From NCBI GenBank assembly GCA_045649925.1, contig JAZRQS010000002.1:1072-65071 (forward strand): DNA of 64,000 nt, written 5' to 3'. A program made the translations under genes and the position numbers. This DNA is from Eubacteriales bacterium (GTDB lineage: Bacteria; Bacillota; Clostridia; Oscillospirales; CAG-272). This document shows positions 59,476 to 64,000 of this stretch, one piece after another (position 1 is the first letter of the stretch; each line of letters opens with the position of its first letter). Below the pieces are notes generated by a model. The model saw only the letters and a list, made by a program, of their open reading frames with translations. It was not told the origin of the DNA and made no database searches.

Positions 59476-59583
59476 ATGAGCAAAAAAGCAGAAAGAAAAA
59501 AGCTTGCTGTGAGAATTCTTTGTCTTGTTCTCGCAGGTCTTATGTGCCTCAGCGCAGTAGCAATGATAATTATGTATATCTGA
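59476..59583 (+). CDS. 35-aa basic-then-hydrophobic membrane peptide
   Basis: Below the ORF-track cutoff: MSKKAERKKLAVRILCLVLAGLMCLSAVAMIIMYI; GGGAGG RBS, terminator right after. Confidence 0.75.
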   Translation: MSKKAERKKLAVRILCLVLAGLMCLSAVAMIIMYI

Positions 59584-59594
59584 TTTAATGCGAT

Positions 59595-59641
59595 AAAAAT
59601 AGCCGTCTTGACATGCTGTAGGAAATCAAGACGGCTTTTTT
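59595..59641 (+). terminator. Intrinsic terminator
   Basis: AGCCGTCTTGA...TCAAGACGGCT + T-run. Confidence 0.8.
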
Positions 59642-59719
59642 ATTTTGCTTGTATCTTTTATTTTGCTTGTATCTTTTATTTAGCTGGAGCTATATATAAA
59701 AACACACTCCTCTGTGTCT

Positions 59720-60475
59720 TCAAAGTGCGCGCTTTTTTCTCGGCAGAGATACAGCCACGCCTATTACCATGAGAGCGAGCCATATCAGTATTATGCGTCC
59801 CCACTCCCACGCTTGCTTTTCAATAAGATAGGGGAATACGATATTTGATGTCGCCTTTGTTTTTGTTTTCAAACTGACCATAACGGATAATGCCTTGACG
59901 CTCGAAAATCGTAAACGACGCAAACACCGATACAGCCATAGCGACGAGGACTATGCTACTGACAGAAAACACGCTTTTCCAAGCCAGATAGGTCGCTAAA
60001 ATTCCTGCAAGAGGAGAGCCGAAATAAGAGGCAAACGTGTATCCGAGTGAGCATCGGGTGGAATATTTCAGCTCCATATTCTCCGACACGACCTTCGTCA
60101 TAGGTCCATATATCATAGCAAGGAAAAATCCCCTCGCACCGTACGCTATATATGAGGTGAATGGTATTTCTCCGTAAAGCTCGTTCCCGTTGCAGAAAAA
60201 TGCAAAGAGAAAATTGCTGATGCCTGCAAGACCCAAGCCGAAGCTCATCATATATTTTGACTTTATTTTATCTCCTATTGCGCCGTTTATCAGCTGACCT
60301 ATAGCATAGGTGTAAAAATAAACTGATGAGGCCAAGCCAATGTCGTCCTTGGTAAAGCCCTGCGACTGCATAGCGGGAGTTACTGTCGATAGGATGTTTC
60401 TCGCCAAATACACCGCAAGATATGAAACAAAGCATAAAAATCCGATTTTAAAAGCCTTTTTGCATTAGGTGACAT
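59720..60475 (-). pseudogene. MFS transporter (GlpT/UhpT-like) pseudogene
   Basis: MFS motifs Y.ARN, YAIGQLING.IGD. The RBS-preceded ATG at 60475 is out of frame with the main ORF, and the C-terminal TM is in another frame with most of the second half missing. Confidence 0.8.
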
Positions 60476-60696
60476 AGCTTTTCTCCATAATTTTGTAATC
60501 AACATAGGAAGTATAAACCAAGTGTATTGCTTTGTCAATAGAGTTTTGCTTTTATGTCGTGTTTTCCCTGAAAATGATTTGAGCCTTTAGTTTTATCCTG
60601 TATTGACAAAGCAGGGCTAATGTGGTATAGTTATCGTAATAAAGACAACAAATCGTTATTAAGCGATACAGTAATTATAAAAGGAATTTATACAAT

Positions 60697-61374
60697 ATGA
60701 GAATGAGAAAAAAGAAAAACGGTGCGCAGAGACTTGCCGCGTGCAGTGACCTCTTGGTTTGCGAGAGGGAAGGCGTTATAAGTGGAGCGCATGATGTCTT
60801 TTCGCATGACGGCGAGCTTCACCTCGAGATAGGGTGTGGAAAAGGCGGATTTGCCTGCGGTATGGCAGAGAAGCACCCTGACATCAATTTTATTGCGCTG
60901 GAGAGAGTGCACGATGTTATAGTTTTGGCTCTTGAAAAGGCGAAAAGCCGAGAGGGAGACAGACAGAGTGACAACTTGCGCTTTATGCTTACCGGAGCAG
61001 AGCGCTTGGAGGAAATATTCGCACCCGAATCTCTTGACACCATATATCTCAACTTCAGCGATCCGTGGCACAAAAAGGGATATGCAAAGCGCCGTCTCAC
61101 ATATAGGAAATTCCTTGTGTGCTACTTCAAGCTCTTGAAAAAGGGAGGAAAGCTACGCTTTAAAACTGACAACAGGCCCCTTTTCGACTTTACACTTGAG
61201 GAGCTTGATGCGCTTGGAATCAAGTGTGATTTCATTACAAACGACCTTCATTCGTCAGAGTATGCGCACGGCAATGTGATGACAGAGTATGAGGCTAATT
61301 TCACGGCACAGGGGATGCCGATAAACGCCCTCTGCATTACATCAGAAGGCCCTGTAGCTCTTCCTGAGGAATAA
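60697..61374 (+). CDS. trmB: tRNA (guanine-N7)-methyltransferase
   Basis: MRMRKK, LEIGCGKG, LNFSDPW, RRLT, FKTDN, TEYE. Confidence 0.96.
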   Translation: MRMRKKKNGAQRLAACSDLLVCEREGVISGAHDVFSHDGELHLEIGCGKGGFACGMAEKHPDINFIALERVHDVIVLALEKAKSREGDRQSDNLRFMLTGAERLEEIFAPESLDTIYLNFSDPWHKKGYAKRRLTYRKFLVCYFKLLKKGGKLRFKTDNRPLFDFTLEELDALGIKCDFITNDLHSSEYAHGNVMTEYEANFTAQGMPINALCITSEGPVALPEE

Positions 61375-61445
61375 AATCACCCGACTGAAGAGAAAACTAT
61401 ATTCGATATCCTTGAAGCTATAGCTTGGGAAAGGAGCAAAAATAT

Positions 61446-61739
61446 ATGTCAAACAAAAATAAGCTCGGAAAATTTGAAAACCTGCGACCTGTAATAGAGG
61501 AAAAACACGATTTCTGCGCCTCTCTGTATAGAAATAAGGACCAAAAGGAGCCGTCTTTTAAGGTATGCGCAAAGGGAAGCTATGACATAGATGTTTTAAA
61601 GGTAGGAGCAGTCGCCTTGATTGCGCTCACCGCCCTGACAGTCGCAAATGCCTCTACAGTAATAAAAAAGGCAAAATATGAGAGATTGAAAAAGCTTAAT
61701 GCGAAATTAAAGGAAGAGATAAATTATCTCAAAAAGTAA
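61446..61739 (+). CDS. Hypothetical protein (central hydrophobic helix, basic coiled-coil end)
   Basis: AAGGAG RBS, clean ORF followed by a terminator. Confidence 0.6.
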   Translation: MSNKNKLGKFENLRPVIEEKHDFCASLYRNKDQKEPSFKVCAKGSYDIDVLKVGAVALIALTALTVANASTVIKKAKYERLKKLNAKLKEEINYLKK

Positions 61740-61745
61740 AATATT

Positions 61746-61784
61746 ATGGCTGACCGATCAATGTGAGCGGTCAGCCATTTTTTT
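61746..61784. terminator. Terminator between convergent genes
   Basis: ATGGCTGACCG...CGGTCAGCCAT + T-run. Confidence 0.8.
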
Positions 61785-64000
61785 ATTCTATATAGTCTAT
61801 GCCGTAGTATTTGCATATTCCTCGGCAAATTGCCTCTGCCCAGTTTTTTTGACATTCCTCGTCGTGTAACTTTGCGTAATCATCGGCGTTTGAGAGAAAG
61901 GCAAGCTCGCACAAAATAGCGGGCATATCAGTTTCTCTTGTGACCTGATGATTGCCATATTTTACGCCTCTTTCTACTGTAGGAACAAAGTCCACCATAT
62001 AGTTGTAAACATAATTGGCAAGGTTTTTGCTCTTTGTGCCCGAGTAGTAGAATACCTCAGTGCCAGATGCCGAAGAGCTTGTGGCCGAGTTGCAGTGTAT
62101 CGAGACGAATATATCTGCCTTCGCCTCGTTTGCTATCACACATCGCTGGTCAAGTGATACGAAATAGTTGTCATCGCGTGTCATAAGTACTGTAAAGCCT
62201 TGTCGCTCACATTCCTGCTTTACAAGCTTGGCGACAGCGAGGTTTATGATGGATTCACCACCGTCAGCGCCTCCGTCGCTACCAGCATGACCTGCATCAA
62301 TGCATATGAGATAGTCAAGCTCTCTTGCGATGGCCTTACGCTCTACCGTTACGATAAATCCGTCGTGATTGTTGCCCGAAATTGTATAGCTGTCGTTCTT
62401 TGGTACGGATATTTTCGTTGTGTCACTTGTTGCAGGTACATAGTATATCTCGTACTCAAAATCTCCGTGTCTCACATAAAGATGAGTGGAGGTATACTGC
62501 TTTATGTAGCATAGATATTCTTCAAGAGAGAGTGAATGTCTTTCCATAAATACCGCGTGAGGTATTCCGACGTATCTGTAGAAATGCTCAAATCCGTTGG
62601 CACCAACTCCTGTTGAGTCTGCATATTCGCTCTTGTATCTTTTTATAAAGCCGTAGCTTGATGCCTGCTCGGAAAGGAATTTTTTCGCTGTGGCAATACT
62701 GTCTATTTCGCTTACTTTAGAATTTGAAATGTATTTCAGCGCTATCGAGTGCCCGCTTAATGCATCCTCGCAAATTCCCGAATAAGCGGAATACACGAGT
62801 AGCTTTCCTGTGGAGTCTGACTTTGCATAATCCTTACAAAGCAGGTCGAGTGCTATGCGAGCCTCTCGTGACAAAAGCAGAGAAGAGCTTGAAAGCCCTG
62901 CGCTTTCAATATTGCCGTATAGCTTTTCAACATCTCGCTCCGATATATGTGAGGTGAGCTCCTCGTTTACTTCTATAAGCGAGCCTTTATAAAGGTCGTT
63001 TTTGCTGAGGGAGACAGTCTTTGTCTCGTAGCTCGGCTTTGATGTGCGCTCATATTCACCAAGCGTTACACTCGGGGTGTACAGCGCATATAAGGTAGCG
63101 CCATTTATAGAGCTTGAGGTTATGGAATAGTGGGGAGCAGACGAGTAAAAACGGTTTGTATGCCAGCCCAAAAAACCTGTAGGCGACGGCAGAGAAACAG
63201 GGAGCTTGGACTTGTAAAAGCCGAATGTCTCTGTCTTCTGATCGTTATATACCAGCTTTACAAAAAGCTTTTCTTCCTTCTCAAATACGGCGTATAGAGT
63301 CGTGTCCTTCGTTATTTTTTGCGCAGGGTCAAATCTGACACCATCGCCGTCCTTCCAATACAAGAAGGTATAGAGGGTGTTGTCCTTTTCGTATTGTGTT
63401 ATTTCTTTTGCAGGAGATTTGCTGTTATAGTCGACATATTCAGTGCTGATAAGGCTTGTGCCGTCATAATACTTCACAGTAGCCTTTACAGTGATGGATA
63501 CGGGAATGTTTTCTTTTTTAGTATAATTTGCGCTCTTCGGAATAAAATCACAGTAGTATGTGTTTGTGCCGGGGGTGAGCGTCTGTCCCGACCTGAACAC
63601 TACCTCGCCTGCCAGATTTGCTTCAAAGGCAGGGGTGGATTTTGAGTGTAGCAATCCTTTATTGACAGTTATTTCTACGGGTGCTTCTATAGGAGAGATA
63701 GTGAGTGTGGCAGTCATATCGTCGATGGGGAGATAGTTTTTTTCATCTCCTGAAAAACTCGCGACGACATCGTATTTTCCCGCGTTTACAAAGGAGTTTT
63801 CGGTATATTTTACTGTAACACCTTCGGGCAGGGGAGAGCTGATTTTGAGCTCGTGGGCTTGTCCGTTGTAGTCTACTGTAAGGTCGTCAAAGGACACACC
63901 GCTCATATCATACTGCGCAGGCAAAATTTCCAATATCGCAAACGACTCGTATTCTACTTCCTCGCTGTGTAAATTCCACAGTACCACGCGACTCAGATAT
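61783..64000 (-). CDS. Multidomain cell-wall protein: MBG-like and InlB-B-like repeats, degenerate VanY-like (M15B) domain, C-terminal N-acetylmuramoyl-L-alanine amidase (Amidase_3); 5' end beyond window
   Basis: Frame open to the window end; amidase motifs IDAGHAG, E, MTR, SIHCN, CELAF; VanY-like GFIKRY...YRYVGIPHA...ISGNNHDGFIVT. Confidence 0.85.
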   Translation of the reverse strand, partial: YLSRVVLWNLHSEEVEYESFAILEILPAQYDMSGVSFDDLTVDYNGQAHELKISSPLPEGVTVKYTENSFVNAGKYDVVASFSGDEKNYLPIDDMTATLTISPIEAPVEITVNKGLLHSKSTPAFEANLAGEVVFRSGQTLTPGTNTYYCDFIPKSANYTKKENIPVSITVKATVKYYDGTSLISTEYVDYNSKSPAKEITQYEKDNTLYTFLYWKDGDGVRFDPAQKITKDTTLYAVFEKEEKLFVKLVYNDQKTETFGFYKSKLPVSLPSPTGFLGWHTNRFYSSAPHYSITSSSINGATLYALYTPSVTLGEYERTSKPSYETKTVSLSKNDLYKGSLIEVNEELTSHISERDVEKLYGNIESAGLSSSSLLLSREARIALDLLCKDYAKSDSTGKLLVYSAYSGICEDALSGHSIALKYISNSKVSEIDSIATAKKFLSEQASSYGFIKRYKSEYADSTGVGANGFEHFYRYVGIPHAVFMERHSLSLEEYLCYIKQYTSTHLYVRHGDFEYEIYYVPATSDTTKISVPKNDSYTISGNNHDGFIVTVERKAIARELDYLICIDAGHAGSDGGADGGESIINLAVAKLVKQECERQGFTVLMTRDDNYFVSLDQRCVIANEAKADIFVSIHCNSATSSSASGTEVFYYSGTKSKNLANYVYNYMVDFVPTVERGVKYGNHQVTRETDMPAILCELAFLSNADDYAKLHDEECQKNWAEAICRGICKYYGIDYIE

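Overview
The window reads as a Clostridia-like (Bacillota) chromosomal segment. Positions ~1-16.4 kb hold a complete glycyl-radical bacterial microcompartment locus of the fucose/rhamnose-propanediol (GRM5-like) type. Its order is RpiR regulator, acetate/propionate kinase, class II aldolase, PduP, Zn-ADH, four BMC-H, PduL, BMC-P, PduS, PduT, B12-independent propanediol dehydratase and its activase, PduU and PduV. The same operon ends with a ParA/MinD-family ATPase overlapping a small Lys/Ala/Pro-repeat disordered protein. This pair is the best candidate for an undescribed system: an McdAB-like positioning module for a metabolosome. The rest is mostly housekeeping: der, obgE, ribosomal protein genes with an S6:S18 leader, ffh, ispE/D/F, hslO, PPi-type pfk, a dcw cluster, a SAM-I riboswitch with metK, recD2 and trmB. 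Oddities include a dcw cluster without ftsA, with long N-terminal tails on FtsL/FtsW/FtsQ and a non-canonical FtsZ tail. There is also a catalytically degenerate MreB paralog followed by a 35-aa membrane peptide, a Cys/Asp-rich membrane mini-protein, a structured intergenic element, an MFS pseudogene, and an amidase fused to a degenerate VanY-like domain. No tRNA, rRNA, CRISPR array or transposase was seen. All calls come from motif recognition by eye; no database searches were run.
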